Positions 41,383-58,216 are shown, counted from the first letter of the stretch. The stretch: DNA of 64,000 nt from Escherichia coli (GCF_048403405.1 NZ_CP183129.1); one strand, 5' to 3'. Notes: generated by a model from the sequence alone, not told the origin. Numbers and translations are program-made.

Positions 41383-43323
41383 ATGAGATTAACGACGAAA
41401 TTTTCGGCCTTTGTTACGCTGCTCACCGGGTTAACAATTTTTGTGACTTTGCTGGGCTGTTCGCTAAGTTTCTACAACGCCATTCAGTATAAGTTTAGTC
41501 ATCGCGTTCAGGCGGTGGCGACGGCGATTGATACCCACCTTGTGTCGAATGACTTCAGCGCATTAAGGCCACAAATTACCGAATTAATGATGTCAGCAGA
41601 TATCGTTCGTGTAGACCTGCTGCATGGTGATAAACAGGTTTATACCCTCGCCAGAAATGGTAGTTATCGTCCGGTTGGCACCAGCGATCTGTTTCGCGAA
41701 CTGAGCGTTCCGTTGATAAAGCATCCGGGGATGTCGCTGCGTCTGGTTTATCAGGATCCGATGGGCAACTATTTCCATTCGTTGATGACCACCGCGCCGC
41801 TCACGGGGGCGATTGGCTTTATCATTCTTATGCTCTTCCTGGCGGTACGCTGGTTACAACGGCAACTTGCCGGGCAAGAATTGCTGGAAACCCGGGCTAC
41901 TCGTATCTTAAACGGTGAGCGTGGCTCTAATGTGTTGGGAACCATCTATGAATGGCCGCCCAGAACCAGCAGTGCGCTGGATACGCTGCTTCGTGAAATT
42001 CAGAACGCACGCGAACAACACAGCCGTCTTGATACGCTGATCCGCTCTTATGCCGCCCAGGACATGAAAACCGGCCTCAATAACCGACTCTTTTTCGATA
42101 ATCAGTTAGCAACGTTACTGGAAGATCAAGAGAAAGTAGGTACCCACGGGATCGTGATGATGATTCGTCTGCCGGATTTCAATATGTTGAGTGATACCTG
42201 GGGGCACAGCCAGGTTGAAGAACAGTTCTTCTCTCTGACGAATCTGCTATCGACATTTATGATGCGCTACCCTGGCGCACTGCTGGCGCGTTACCACCGC
42301 AGTGATTTTGCTGTGCTGTTACCGCACCGGACGTTAAAAGAGGCAGAGAGCATCGCCGGTCAGTTAATCAAAGCCGTCGATACCTTGCCGAACAATAAAA
42401 TGCTCGATCGCGACGATATGATCCACATTGGTATCTGCGCCTGGCGTAGTGGTCAGGATACCGAGCAGGTAATGGAACATGCAGAGTCTGCCACGCGTAA
42501 TGCGGGATTGCAGGGCGGCAATAGCTGGGCTATTTACGATGACTCGTTGCCTGAAAAAGGACGCGGTAATGTTCGCTGGCGTACGCTTATCGAGCAAATG
42601 CTGAGTCGCGGCGGCCCGCGCCTTTATCAAAAACCGGCGGTTACTCGCGAAGGTCAGGTTCATCATCGCGAACTCATGTGCCGCATCTTCGATGGTAACG
42701 AAGAGGTTAGCTCGGCGGAGTATATGCCGATGGTCTTGCAGTTTGGCTTATCGGAAGAGTATGACCGCCTGCAAATCAGCCGTCTTATTCCACTATTGCG
42801 TTACTGGCCTGAGGAAAATCTGGCGATTCAGGTTACCGTTGAGTCGCTGATTCGCCCGCGTTTTCAGCGTTGGCTGCGCGATACGTTAATGCAATGTGAA
42901 AGATCGCAACGAAAACGCATAATTATTGAACTTGCAGAGGCCGATGTAGGTCAACATATCAGTCGTTTACAACCTGTTATTCGTTTAGTGAATGCTTTAG
43001 GGGTACGGGTAGCCGTCAACCAGGCTGGTTTGACGCTGGTAAGCACCAGTTGGATCAAAGAACTTAATGTTGAGTTACTCAAGCTCCATCCGGGGCTGGT
43101 CAGAAACATTGAGAAGCGAACGGAGAACCAGCTGCTGGTTCAAAGCCTGGTGGAAGCCTGCTCCGGGACCAGCACCCAGGTTTACGCCACCGGCGTGCGT
43201 TCGCGAAGCGAGTGGCAGACCCTGATTCAGCGCGGTGTTACAGGTGGGCAAGGGGATTTTTTCGCGTCCTCACAGCCACTTGATACTAACGTGAAAAAAT
43301 ATTCACAAAGATACTCGGTTTAA
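41383..43323 (+). CDS. csrD: CsrB/CsrC turnover regulator with degenerate GGDEF-EAL domains
   Basis: 646 aa with N-terminal TM segments and degenerate GGDEF (HRSDF) and EAL regions; synteny. Confidence 0.92.
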   Translation: MRLTTKFSAFVTLLTGLTIFVTLLGCSLSFYNAIQYKFSHRVQAVATAIDTHLVSNDFSALRPQITELMMSADIVRVDLLHGDKQVYTLARNGSYRPVGTSDLFRELSVPLIKHPGMSLRLVYQDPMGNYFHSLMTTAPLTGAIGFIILMLFLAVRWLQRQLAGQELLETRATRILNGERGSNVLGTIYEWPPRTSSALDTLLREIQNAREQHSRLDTLIRSYAAQDMKTGLNNRLFFDNQLATLLEDQEKVGTHGIVMMIRLPDFNMLSDTWGHSQVEEQFFSLTNLLSTFMMRYPGALLARYHRSDFAVLLPHRTLKEAESIAGQLIKAVDTLPNNKMLDRDDMIHIGICAWRSGQDTEQVMEHAESATRNAGLQGGNSWAIYDDSLPEKGRGNVRWRTLIEQMLSRGGPRLYQKPAVTREGQVHHRELMCRIFDGNEEVSSAEYMPMVLQFGLSEEYDRLQISRLIPLLRYWPEENLAIQVTVESLIRPRFQRWLRDTLMQCERSQRKRIIIELAEADVGQHISRLQPVIRLVNALGVRVAVNQAGLTLVSTSWIKELNVELLKLHPGLVRNIEKRTENQLLVQSLVEACSGTSTQVYATGVRSRSEWQTLIQRGVTGGQGDFFASSQPLDTNVKKYSQRYSV

Positions 43324-43501
43324 CCTGCCGTTTAATCCGTTTTCACGTAGAATAACGCGCGCTGCGTCTCATGGGAGTGTGCTTGTCTGCTCGCCAGATT
43401 GTTGCAGCACATATGCAGATGAATGACCTTACGCGGTTGCAAACAGGCGAGGAATGCTGCTGATGCATTAAGCCTTTCTGGACTCAGGCAGAGATTTGTA
43501 A

Positions 43502-44671
<1,170 letters not shown>

Positions 44672-44736
44672 TCGGATGCAGGCAGGGGAAATGTCTGTTT
44701 ACCCTGCCTGGTCTGATACGAGAATACGCATAACTT

Positions 44737-46328
<1,592 letters not shown>

Positions 46329-46336
46329 AGGTTTCT

Positions 46337-46930
46337 ATGACTTCTCTGTATTTAGCTTCCGGTTCTCCGCGTCGTCAGGAGTTACTTGCGCAACTTGGCG
46401 TAACCTTTGAACGTATTGTTACGGGCATTGAGGAGCAGCGTCAGCCGCAGGAGAGCGCGCAGCAGTATGTTGTGCGTCTGGCGCGCGAGAAAGCACAGGC
46501 GGGTGTCGCGCAAACGGCGCAGGATCTCCCGGTGCTGGGTGCGGATACTATCGTTATCCTGAACGGAGAAGTGCTGGAGAAACCGCGCGACGCAGAGCAT
46601 GCGGTGCAGATGTTGCGCAAATTATCGGGTCAGACCCATCAGGTAATGACGGCAGTGGCGTTGGCTGACAGCCAGCACATTCTCGATTGCCTGGTGGTCA
46701 CCGATGTGACTTTCAGAACGTTAACAGACGAAGACATCGCGGGCTATGTCGCCAGCGGTGAACCGTTAGATAAAGCAGGTGCATACGGTATTCAGGGGCT
46801 GGGTGGCTGTTTTGTCAGGAAGATAAATGGCAGCTATCACGCCGTAGTCGGCTTACCGCTGGTTGAAACGTATGAATTATTAAGTAATTTTAACGCACTG
46901 CGTGAGAAAAGGGATAAACATGACGGCTGA
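46337..46930 (+). CDS. yhdE: Maf-family nucleoside triphosphate pyrophosphatase
   Basis: 197 aa starting [14 protein letters not shown]...; Maf motifs. Confidence 0.93.
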   Translation: MTSLYLASGSPRRQELLAQLGVTFERIVTGIEEQRQPQESAQQYVVRLAREKAQAGVAQTAQDLPVLGADTIVILNGEVLEKPRDAEHAVQMLRKLSGQTHQVMTAVALADSQHILDCLVVTDVTFRTLTDEDIAGYVASGEPLDKAGAYGIQGLGGCFVRKINGSYHAVVGLPLVETYELLSNFNALREKRDKHDG

Positions 46931-48389
46931 ATTGTTGGTAAACGTAACGCCTTCGGAAACGCGAGTGGCGTATATTGATGGCGGTATTCTGCAGGAAATT
47001 CATATTGAACGTGAGGCGCGACGCGGAATAGTAGGCAATATCTACAAGGGTCGTGTAAGTCGTGTACTTCCGGGTATGCAGGCGGCTTTTGTAGATATTG
47101 GGCTGGATAAAGCCGCGTTTCTTCATGCATCTGACATCATGCCGCACACCGAATGTGTGGCGGGTGAAGAACAAAAGCAATTCACGGTGCGCGACATCTC
47201 GGAGCTGGTCCGTCAGGGGCAAGATCTGATGGTGCAGGTGGTGAAAGATCCACTTGGCACTAAGGGTGCGCGCCTGACCACGGATATCACGCTGCCTTCT
47301 CGCTATTTGGTATTTATGCCAGGGGCTTCTCACGTTGGGGTTTCCCAACGAATTGAAAGCGAATCAGAACGTGAACGCCTGAAAAAAGTGGTCGCAGAGT
47401 ATTGCGACGAGCAGGGCGGGTTTATCATCCGTACCGCAGCGGAAGGGGTTGGCGAGGCTGAACTGGCCTCCGATGCCGCTTATCTGAAACGCGTCTGGAC
47501 CAAAGTTATGGAGCGTAAAAAGCGCCCGCAGACTCGTTATCAGCTGTACGGCGAACTGGCGCTGGCGCAGCGTGTTCTGCGTGATTTCGCCGACGCCGAA
47601 CTCGACCGCATTCGCGTTGACTCACGCCTGACTTACGAAGCATTGCTGGAGTTTACCTCGGAGTACATTCCCGAGATGACCAGCAAGCTGGAGCATTACA
47701 CCGGACGCCAGCCGATTTTCGATCTCTTTGATGTCGAAAACGAAATTCAGCGAGCGCTGGAACGCAAAGTAGAACTGAAATCCGGTGGCTATCTGATTAT
47801 CGACCAGACCGAAGCGATGACCACCGTAGACATCAATACCGGGGCGTTTGTCGGTCATCGCAATCTGGACGACACCATTTTCAATACCAATATTGAAGCG
47901 ACGCAGGCTATCGCTCGCCAGTTACGGTTGCGTAATCTGGGCGGGATTATCATTATTGATTTCATCGATATGAATAATGAAGATCACCGCCGCCGCGTGC
48001 TGCACTCGCTGGAGCAGGCGTTGAGCAAAGACCGGGTGAAAACCAGCGTTAATGGTTTTTCGGCGCTGGGGCTGGTGGAGATGACGCGTAAACGCACCCG
48101 CGAAAGCATTGAGCACGTACTATGTAACGAATGCCCAACCTGCCACGGTCGCGGAACGGTGAAAACCGTGGAAACGGTATGCTATGAAATCATGCGCGAG
48201 ATTGTTCGTGTACACCATGCTTATGATTCCGACCGTTTCCTGGTCTATGCTTCTCCGGCAGTAGCTGAAGCCTTGAAAGGCGAAGAGTCACACTCGCTGG
48301 CGGAAGTGGAAATTTTCGTTGGCAAACAGGTTAAAGTACAAATTGAACCGCTCTATAACCAGGAGCAGTTTGACGTCGTAATGATGTAA
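46920..48389 (+). CDS. rng: ribonuclease G
   Basis: 489 aa from [23 protein letters not shown]1 domain plus an RNase E/G catalytic core. Confidence 0.95.
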
Positions 48390-48456
48390 ACAGATGCTGG
48401 GCCGCCATCCGGCAAAGGGTTTTTGAGTCACATTTTTAGCAGACAAGGAGTGACGG

Positions 48457-51400
48457 GTGAGGCGATTGCCGGGGATATTACTGCTTACTGGAGCCGCGCT
48501 CGTTGTGATCGCTGCCCTGCTGGTTAGCGGCCTGCGTATTGCTTTACCGCATCTTGATGCCTGGCGTCCGGAAATCCTCAACAAAATAGAATCCGCGACT
48601 GGCATGCCGGTAGAAGCCAGTCAGCTCTCAGCCAGCTGGCAGAATTTTGGCCCGACGCTTGAAGCACACGACATCCGTGCAGAACTAAAGGATGGCGGCG
48701 AATTTTCGGTTAAACGCGTTACTCTTGCGCTAGATGTCTGGCAGAGCCTGTTACATATGCGCTGGCAGTTTCGCGACCTCACTTTCTGGCAGCTGCGCTT
48801 TCGCACCAACACTCCTATCACCAGCGGCGGTGGTAATGATAGCCTGGAAGCCAGTCACATCAGCGATCTGTTTCTTCGTCAGTTCGACCATTTTGATCTC
48901 CGCGACAGTGAAGTCAGTTTCCTGACGCCATCCGGTCAGCGCGCCGAGCTGGCGATCCCACAACTCACCTGGCTGAACGATCCACGTCGACACCGTGCAG
49001 AAGGCCTGGTAAGCCTCTCCAGCCTTACCGGACAGCACGGCGTGATGCAGGTGCGTATGGATTTGCGCGATGATGAGGGGTTGTTAAGCAATGGTCGCGT
49101 CTGGCTCCAGGCGGATGACATCGACCTGAAGCCGTGGCTCGGTAAATGGATGCAGGACAATATTGCGCTGGAAACGGCACAGTTCTCCCTTGAAGGCTGG
49201 ATGACGATCGACAAAGGCGATGTAACCGGTGGCGACGTCTGGCTGAAACAGGGCGGTGCCAGCTGGTTGGGCGAGAAGCAAACGCATACGCTGTCGGTGG
49301 ATAATCTGACCGCGCATATTACGCGTGAAAATCCGGGATGGCAGTTCTCTATTCCCGATACACGGATCACGATGGACGGCAAACCCTGGCCGAGCGGAGC
49401 ATTGACGCTGGCCTGGATACCGGAACAGGACGTTGGCGGCAAAGACAATAAACGCAGTGACGAACTCCGGATTCGCGCCAGTAATCTGGAGCTGGCAGGC
49501 CTGGAGGGCATACGCCCGCTGGCCGCGAAACTTTCACCTGCACTGGGTGATGTTTGGCGCTCCACACAACCGAGCGGCAAGATTAACACTCTGGCGCTGG
49601 ATATCCCGCTTCAGGCGGCAGACAAGACCCGTTTTCAGGCATCGTGGAGCGATCTGGCCTGGAAGCAATGGAAATTATTACCGGGTGCGGAACACTTCTC
49701 CGGGACGCTTTCCGGCAGCGTAGAAAATGGTTTGCTTACCGCGTCGATGAAACAGGCAAAGATGCCTTACGAAACGGTATTCCGTGCGCCACTGGAAATC
49801 GCCGACGGCCAGGCAACGATAAGCTGGCTGAACAATGACAAAGGTTTCCAGCTGGATGGGCGTAATATTGACGTTAAAGCCAAAGCAGTCCATGCGCGCG
49901 GCGGTTTTCGTTACCTGCAACCAGCTAACGATGAACCCTGGCTGGGTATTCTGGCTGGCATCAGTACCGATGATGGTTCACAAGCCTGGCGCTATTTCCC
50001 GGAAAACTTGATGGGTAAAGACCTGGTTGATTACTTAAGTGGCGCGATTCAGGGCGGTGTAGCGGATAACGCGACGCTGGTTTATGGTGGCAATCCGCAA
50101 CTCTTCCCCTATAAACACAACGAAGGTCAGTTTGAAGTGCTGGTGCCGCTGCGCAACGCGAAGTTTGCCTTCCAGCCGGACTGGCCTGCATTAACTAACC
50201 TTGATATTGAACTGGACTTTATTAACGACGGTTTATGGATGAAAACCGATGGCGTTAATCTGGGCGGCGTGCGCGCGAGTAATCTCACCGCAGTGATCCC
50301 TGACTACTCGAAAGAAAAACTGCTGATTGACGCTGACATTAAAGGTCCGGGTAAAGCCGTCGGCCCTTACTTTGATGAGACACCGCTGAAAGATTCTCTG
50401 GGTGCAACCCTGCAAGAACTCCAGCTCGACGGCGATGTGAATGCTCGCTTACATCTCGATATTCCGCTGAACGGCGAACTGGTAACCGCGAAAGGTGAAG
50501 TGACGCTGCGTAATAACAGTCTGTTTATCAAACCACTCGACAGCACCCTGAAAAATTTGAGCGGGAAATTCAGCTTTATTAATGGCGATCTGCAAAGTGA
50601 ACCACTGACAGCAAGCTGGTTTAATCAGCCGTTGAACGTGGATTTTTCCACCAAAGAAGGGGCAAAAGCCTACCAGGTTGCGGTGAATCTCAACGGTAAC
50701 TGGCAACCAGCGAAAACCGGCGTTTTGCCTGAAGCGGTGAACGAAGCATTAAGTGGCAGCGTGGCGTGGGATGGTAAAGTGGGCATTGATCTGCCTTATC
50801 ATGCTGGCGCGACCTATAACGTAGAGCTAAACGGCGATTTGAAGAATGTGAGCAGTCACTTACCTTCACCGTTAGCCAAACCTGCGGGTGAACCACTGCC
50901 GGTAAACGTTAAGGTTGATGGCAATCTCAACAGCTTTGAGTTAACCGGACAGGCTGGTGCAGATAACCATTTCAATAGTCGCTGGTTGCTTGGTCAAAAG
51001 CTGACGCTCGACCGTGCTATTTGGGCGGCAGACAGTAAAACGCTCCCGCCGTTGCCGGAACAAAGTGGCGTTGAACTCAATATGCCGCCGATGAATGGTG
51101 CCGAGTGGCTGGCCCTGTTCCAGAAAGGCGCGGCGGAGAGTGTCGGTGGTGCAGCGAGTTTCCCACAACACATAACGTTACGTACGCCTATGTTGTCGCT
51201 GGGAAATCAGCAATGGAATAACCTGAGCATTGTTTCGCAACCGACGGCAAATGGCACCCTGGTTGAGGCGCAAGGGCGTGAAATCAACGCCACGCTGGCG
51301 ATGCGTAATAACGCGCCGTGGCTGGCGAATATCAAATATCTTTATTACAACCCGAGCGTGGCGAAAACTCGTGGTGATTCAACACAGTCATCACCTTTCC

Positions 51401-52257
51401 CGACAACGGAGCGCATTAACTTCCGTGGCTGGCCGGACGCCCAAATACGATGCGCAGAGTGCTGGTTCTGGGGGCAAAAATTCGGGCGCATTGACAGTGA
51501 TATCACCATTTCTGGCAATACATTAACGCTGACTAATGGACTGATTGATACTGGTTTTTCGCGGCTCACTGCCGATGGTGAATGGGTTAACAATCCGGGA
51601 AATGAACGCACCTCGCTGAAAGGAAAACTGCGTGGGCAGAAAATTGATGCCGCCGCAGAATTTTTTGGTGTCACGACGCCCATACGCCAGTCGTCATTTA
51701 ATGTGGATTACGATTTACACTGGCGCAAAGCACCCTGGCAACCAGATGAGGCGACGTTGAATGGCATCATTCATACTCAACTGGGCAAAGGCGAAATTAC
51801 CGAAATCAATACCGGACATGCCGGGCAATTGCTGCGCTTATTGAGCGTTGATGCACTGATGCGTAAGCTGCGTTTTGATTTCAGAGACACTTTTGGCGAA
51901 GGGTTCTATTTTGACTCCATTCGCAGCACCGCGTGGATTAAAGACGGCGTTATGCACACTGACGACACGCTGGTGGATGGCCTGGAAGCGGATATCGCCA
52001 TGAAAGGGTCGGTAAATCTGGTGCGTCGCGACCTGAATATGGAAGCGGTTGTCGCACCAGAGATTTCTGCGACGGTGGGCGTGGCTGCGGCTTTTGCGGT
52101 TAACCCCATTGTTGGCGCGGCAGTGTTTGCAGCCAGTAAAGTGCTGGGGCCGCTGTGGAGCAAAGTCTCCATTTTGCGCTATCACATTTCGGGTCCGCTG
52201 GACGATCCGCAAATCAACGAAGTGTTGCGCCAACCGCGTAAAGAAAAAGCGCAATGA
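48457..52257 (+). CDS. yhdP: AsmA-like large envelope protein (phospholipid transport)
   Basis: 1266 aa with an N-terminal TM anchor; same size and position as K-12 yhdP. Confidence 0.92.
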   Translation: MRRLPGILLLTGAALVVIAALLVSGLRIALPHLDAWRPEILNKIESATGMPVEASQLSASWQNFGPTLEAHDIRAELKDGGEFSVKRVTLALDVWQSLLHMRWQFRDLTFWQLRFRTNTPITSGGGNDSLEASHISDLFLRQFDHFDLRDSEVSFLTPSGQRAELAIPQLTWLNDPRRHRAEGLVSLSSLTGQHGVMQVRMDLRDDEGLLSNGRVWLQADDIDLKPWLGKWMQDNIALETAQFSLEGWMTIDKGDVTGGDVWLKQGGASWLGEKQTHTLSVDNLTAHITRENPGWQFSIPDTRITMDGKPWPSGALTLAWIPEQDVGGKDNKRSDELRIRASNLELAGLEGIRPLAAKLSPALGDVWRSTQPSGKINTLALDIPLQAADKTRFQASWSDLAWKQWKLLPGAEHFSGTLSGSVENGLLTASMKQAKMPYETVFRAPLEIADGQATISWLNNDKGFQLDGRNIDVKAKAVHARGGFRYLQPANDEPWLGILAGISTDDGSQAWRYFPENLMGKDLVDYLSGAIQGGVADNATLVYGGNPQLFPYKHNEGQFEVLVPLRNAKFAFQPDWPALTNLDIELDFINDGLWMKTDGVNLGGVRASNLTAVIPDYSKEKLLIDADIKGPGKAVGPYFDETPLKDSLGATLQELQLDGDVNARLHLDIPLNGELVTAKGEVTLRNNSLFIKPLDSTLKNLSGKFSFINGDLQSEPLTASWFNQPLNVDFSTKEGAKAYQVAVNLNGNWQPAKTGVLPEAVNEALSGSVAWDGKVGIDLPYHAGATYNVELNGDLKNVSSHLPSPLAKPAGEPLPVNVKVDGNLNSFELTGQAGADNHFNSRWLLGQKLTLDRAIWAADSKTLPPLPEQSGVELNMPPMNGAEWLALFQKGAAESVGGAASFPQHITLRTPMLSLGNQQWNNLSIVSQPTANGTLVEAQGREINATLAMRNNAPWLANIKYLYYNPSVAKTRGDSTQSSPFPTTERINFRGWPDAQIRCAECWFWGQKFGRIDSDITISGNTLTLTNGLIDTGFSRLTADGEWVNNPGNERTSLKGKLRGQKIDAAAEFFGVTTPIRQSSFNVDYDLHWRKAPWQPDEATLNGIIHTQLGKGEITEINTGHAGQLLRLLSVDALMRKLRFDFRDTFGEGFYFDSIRSTAWIKDGVMHTDDTLVDGLEADIAMKGSVNLVRRDLNMEAVVAPEISATVGVAAAFAVNPIVGAAVFAASKVLGPLWSKVSILRYHISGPLDDPQINEVLRQPRKEKAQ

Positions 52258-52330
52258 TTTGACGAGGGCGCGTAATTGCCCCAATCTCATATGATAATCG
52301 TTGCCAAAGGCCAACGAGCCGGAACATAAC

Positions 52331-52367
52331 CGTAGGCCGGATAGGGCGTTCACGCCGCATCCGGCAG
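52331..52367. repeat. REP (repetitive extragenic palindromic) element
   Basis: CGTAGGCCGGATAGGGCGTTCACGCCGCATCCGGCAG is a canonical REP-type sequence. Confidence 0.8.
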
Positions 52368-52397
52368 CCGTAAAAAATCCTCTACTGCAGTAACTAA

Positions 52398-53858
<1,461 letters not shown>

Positions 53859-53984
53859 TAATTTCAGTATTTTCAGAAGGATAATTAATCCTTCTACGTG
53901 CACGAACGGTCCCCTCCCCCTCTGGGGTTAGGGTGAGGGGAACCCATTGGCACAGGTTTGTACAACGTAACAGTACAATATGAA

Positions 53985-54914
53985 TTACTTCTCTTTCCCG
54001 CGCCCGTGCATTTCCTGAAACAATTTACCGACCTCAACAAAATAATCCGTCAGTGAGTTGATCACGACCTGTACCTTCAGCGGCAGCTTATCTTTTTCGG
54101 TATACAACGCATAAACCGGGCGTGGATCTGACTGGTAACGCGGCAGCAGGATCTCCAGCTCCCCGCGATTGATCTCGTTGATCACCCACATCAGCGGCAC
54201 ATAGGCGATCCCAGCGCCTGCAGTCAGCCAGCGCACCAGCGTCATCGGATCATTAGTCACAAATCTCCCTTGCGGGATCAGGCGAGTCGAGATCCCTTCC
54301 GGTGCGATCAGTTCAAATTCATTGTCGGGTCGCACGCTGTATTCAAGCCATGAATGACTACTTAAATCGGCGGGTTTTTCCGGTATGCCGTATTGTGTGA
54401 GATAGCTTTTCGCGGCGCACACCACCATTGGCATCGCGCCCAGACGGCGGGAAAACAGGCTGGAATCCTGCAACGCGCCGACGCGGATCACCACATCCAG
54501 ACCGTCGGCAATCAGGTCGGGGGCAGGAATTCCGGTAACCAGATTGACGCTCAAACCTGGGTATTCTTTCAGCATTTTTGCTGTCAGCCCGGCGAGAACA
54601 TTTTGTGCCATAGTTGAAGAACAGCCAATGCGCAGCGTCCCGATGGGGGTGTTATTGAAAGCATACAGTTGCTCATGAACATCCTGCACTTCATGAAGCA
54701 TCCGACGGCAGCCCTGGTAGTAAATTCTACCGGCTTCGGTCAGGCCAATGCTGCGTGTGCTACGGTTTAACAGCTTTACCTGCAACTCATCTTCCAGTTT
54801 TGACACCGTCTGACTGATGGACGAAACGCTCATCTGTAGCTGTCTGGCGGCGGCGGTAAAAGAGCCAAATTCAACTACTTTGGCAAACACCGACATGCGT
54901 TTTAGTCGTTCCAT
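53985..54914 (-). CDS. aaeR: LysR-family activator of aaeXAB
   Basis: 309 aa with an N-terminal LysR HTH; divergent from aaeX. Confidence 0.93.
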   Translation of the reverse strand: MERLKRMSVFAKVVEFGSFTAAARQLQMSVSSISQTVSKLEDELQVKLLNRSTRSIGLTEAGRIYYQGCRRMLHEVQDVHEQLYAFNNTPIGTLRIGCSSTMAQNVLAGLTAKMLKEYPGLSVNLVTGIPAPDLIADGLDVVIRVGALQDSSLFSRRLGAMPMVVCAAKSYLTQYGIPEKPADLSSHSWLEYSVRPDNEFELIAPEGISTRLIPQGRFVTNDPMTLVRWLTAGAGIAYVPLMWVINEINRGELEILLPRYQSDPRPVYALYTEKDKLPLKVQVVINSLTDYFVEVGKLFQEMHGRGKEK

Positions 54915-55096
54915 TATTCACTCTGACTTAAAAGTGATTTAGATCACATAATATAGATAACAGCATAACAGTTACGCTAATATATTAAATATCAATCTAC
55001 AGCAATGTTGCTCTCGCCCGGCTTTCCATGCCCTTCTCTGCGGCGACAGATGCTGAAAATAATAACGCCTGCTCTCTCTATACAACCAAGGTCAAC

Positions 55097-55300
55097 ATGA
55101 GTCTGTTTCCCGTTATCGTGGTGTTTGGGCTGTCCTTCCCACCGATATTTTTTGAATTGCTTTTATCACTGGCGATTTTCTGGCTGGTGCGCCGGGTACT
55201 TGTGCCAACAGGTATCTACGACTTTGTCTGGCATCCGGCGTTGTTCAACACCGCGCTCTATTGCTGCTTGTTTTATTTGATATCGCGACTGTTCGTTTGA
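55097..55300 (+). CDS. aaeX: small membrane protein AaeX
   Basis: 67 aa from [23 protein letters not shown]. Confidence 0.85.
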
Positions 55301-55307
55301 GGTTGAA

Positions 55308-56240
55308 GTGAAAACACTAATAAGAAAATTCTCCCGTACGGCCATCACGGTCGTATTAGTCATTCTGGCCTTCATCGCAATTTTTAATGCCTGGGTCTAT
55401 TACACCGAATCCCCGTGGACGCGTGACGCGCGCTTTAGCGCTGACGTCGTTGCGATCGCGCCGGACGTTTCTGGACTTATCACCCAGGTGAATGTTCATG
55501 ATAACCAGCTGGTGAAAAAAGGACAGGTACTGTTCACCATCGACCAGCCGCGCTATCAAAAGGCGCTTGAGGAAGCGCAAGCCGATGTTGCTTATTATCA
55601 GGTACTGGCACAGGAGAAACGCCAGGAGGCCGGACGTCGTAACCGTCTCGGTGTGCAGGCGATGTCTCGCGAAGAGATCGATCAGGCCAACAACGTACTA
55701 CAAACGGTTCTGCATCAGTTAGCGAAAGCGCAGGCGACCCGCGATCTGGCAAAACTGGATCTTGAACGCACGGTGATCCGCGCGCCAGCAGATGGCTGGG
55801 TGACCAACCTCAACGTCTATACCGGTGAGTTTATTACCCGTGGATCAACGGCGGTTGCGCTGGTGAAACAGAACTCCTTCTATGTACTGGCCTATATGGA
55901 AGAAACTAAGCTGGAAGGGGTGCGCCCTGGGTATCGTGCAGAGATCACGCCGCTTGGCAGTAACAAAGTGCTGAAAGGGACTGTTGATAGTGTTGCCGCT
56001 GGGGTCACCAACGCCAGCAGCACGCGTGACGACAAAGGGATGGCGACCATCGACTCTAACCTTGAATGGGTGCGTTTGGCGCAACGTGTTCCGGTTCGTA
56101 TTCGTCTCGACAACCAGCAAGAGAACATCTGGCCTGCGGGCACCACTGCTACAGTGGTGGTCACTGGCAAACAAGATCGCGACGAAAGCCAGGATTCGTT
56201 CTTCCGTAAAATGGCCCATCGCCTGCGTGAGTTTGGTTAA
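55308..56240 (+). CDS. aaeA: p-hydroxybenzoic acid efflux pump, membrane fusion subunit
   Basis: 310-aa HlyD-family protein with a GTG start. Confidence 0.93.
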
Positions 56241-56245
56241 TCACG

Positions 56246-58213
56246 ATGGGTATTTTCTCCATTGCTAACCAACATATTCGCTTTGCGGTAAAACTGGCGA
56301 CCGCCATTGTACTGGCGCTGTTTGTTGGCTTTCACTTCCAGCTGGAAACGCCACGCTGGGCGGTACTGACAGCGGCGATTGTTGCCGCCGGTCCGGCCTT
56401 TGCTGCGGGAGGTGAACCGTATTCTGGCGCTATTCGCTATCGTGGCTTTTTGCGCATCATCGGCACATTTATTGGCTGTATTGCCGGACTGGTGATCATT
56501 ATTGCGATGATCCGTGCACCATTATTGATGATTCTGGTGTGCTGTATCTGGGCCGGTTTTTGTACCTGGATATCCTCGCTGGTACGAATAGAAAACTCGT
56601 ATGCGTGGGGGCTGGCCGGTTATACCGCGCTGATCATTGTGATCACCATTCAGCCGGAACCATTGCTTACGCCGCAGTTTGCCGTCGAACGTTGTAGCGA
56701 GATCGTTATCGGTATTGTGTGTGCCATTATGGCGGATTTGCTCTTTTCTCCGCGATCGATCAAACAAGAAGTGGATCGAGAGCTGGAAAGTTTGCTGGTC
56801 GCGCAATATCAATTAATGCAACTCTGTATCAAGCATGGCGATGGTGAAGTTGTCGATAAAGCCTGGGGCGATCTGGTGCGACGCACCACGGCGTTACAAG
56901 GTATGCGCAGCAACCTGAATATGGAATCTTCCCGCTGGGCGCGGGCCAATCGACGTTTAAAAGCGATTAATACGCTATCGCTGACGCTGATTACACAATC
57001 CTGCGAAACTTATCTTATTCAGAATACGCGCCCGGAATTGATCACTGATACTTTCCGCGAATTTTTTGACACGCCGGTAGAAACCGCGCAGGACGTCCAC
57101 AAGCAGCTCAAACGCCTGCGGAGAGTTATCGCCTGGACTGGGGAACGGGAAACGCCTGTCACCATTTATAGCTGGGTCGCGGCGGCAACGCGTTATCAGC
57201 TTCTCAAGCGCGGCGTTATCAGTAACACAAAAATCAACGCCACCGAAGAAGAGATCCTGCAAGGCGAACCGGAAGTCAAAGTAGAGTCAGCCGAACGTCA
57301 TCATGCGATGGTTAACTTCTGGCGAACCACACTTTCCTGCATTCTGGGGACGCTTTTCTGGCTGTGGACGGGCTGGACTTCCGGCAGTGGTGCAATGGTG
57401 ATGATTGCGGTAGTGACGTCACTGGCAATGCGTTTGCCGAATCCACGCATGGTGGCGATCGACTTTATCTACGGGACGCTGGCAGCGCTGCCGTTAGGGC
57501 TGCTCTACTTTTTGGTGATTATCCCTAATACTCAACAGAGCATGTTGCTGCTGTGTATTAGCCTGGCAGTGCTGGGATTCTTCCTCGGTATAGAAGTACA
57601 GAAACGGCGACTGGGCTCGATGGGGGCGCTGGCCAGCACCATAAATATTATCGTGCTGGATAACCCGATGACTTTCCATTTCAGTCAGTTTCTCGACAGC
57701 GCATTAGGGCAAATCGTCGGCTGTGTGCTCGCGTTCACCGTTATTTTGCTGGTGCGGGATAAATCGCGCGACAGGACTGGACGTGTACTGCTTAATCAGT
57801 TCGTTTCTGCTGCTGTTTCCGCGATGACTACCAATGTGGCACGTCGTAAAGAGAACCACCTCCCGGCACTTTATCAGCAGCTGTTTTTGCTGATGAATAA
57901 GTTCCCAGGGGATTTGCCGAAATTTCGCCTGGCGCTGACGATGATTATCGCGCACCAGCGCCTGCGTGATGCGCCGATCCCGGTTAACGAGGATTTATCG
58001 GCGTTTCACCGACAAATGCGCCGCACAGCAGACCATGTGATATCTGCCCGTAGCGATGATAAACGTCGTCGGTACTTTGGCCAGTTGCTGGAAGAACTTG
58101 AAATCTACCAGGAAAAGCTACGCATCTGGCAAGCGCCACCGCAGGTGACGGAACCGGTTCATCGGCTGGCGGGGATGCTCCATAAGTATCAACATGCGTT
58201 GACCGATAGTTAA
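56246..58213 (+). CDS. aaeB: p-hydroxybenzoic acid efflux pump subunit B
   Basis: 655-aa FUSC-family membrane protein. Confidence 0.93.
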
Positions 58214-58216
58214 GTC

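Noticed and set aside
53895-53950. GC-rich inverted repeat CCCCTCCCCCTCTGGGGTTAGGGTGAGGGG downstream of tldD
   Set aside because: It looks like one of the common enterobacterial intergenic repeat/terminator elements at a convergent gene junction (tldD and aaeR). There is no associated coding or mobile feature.
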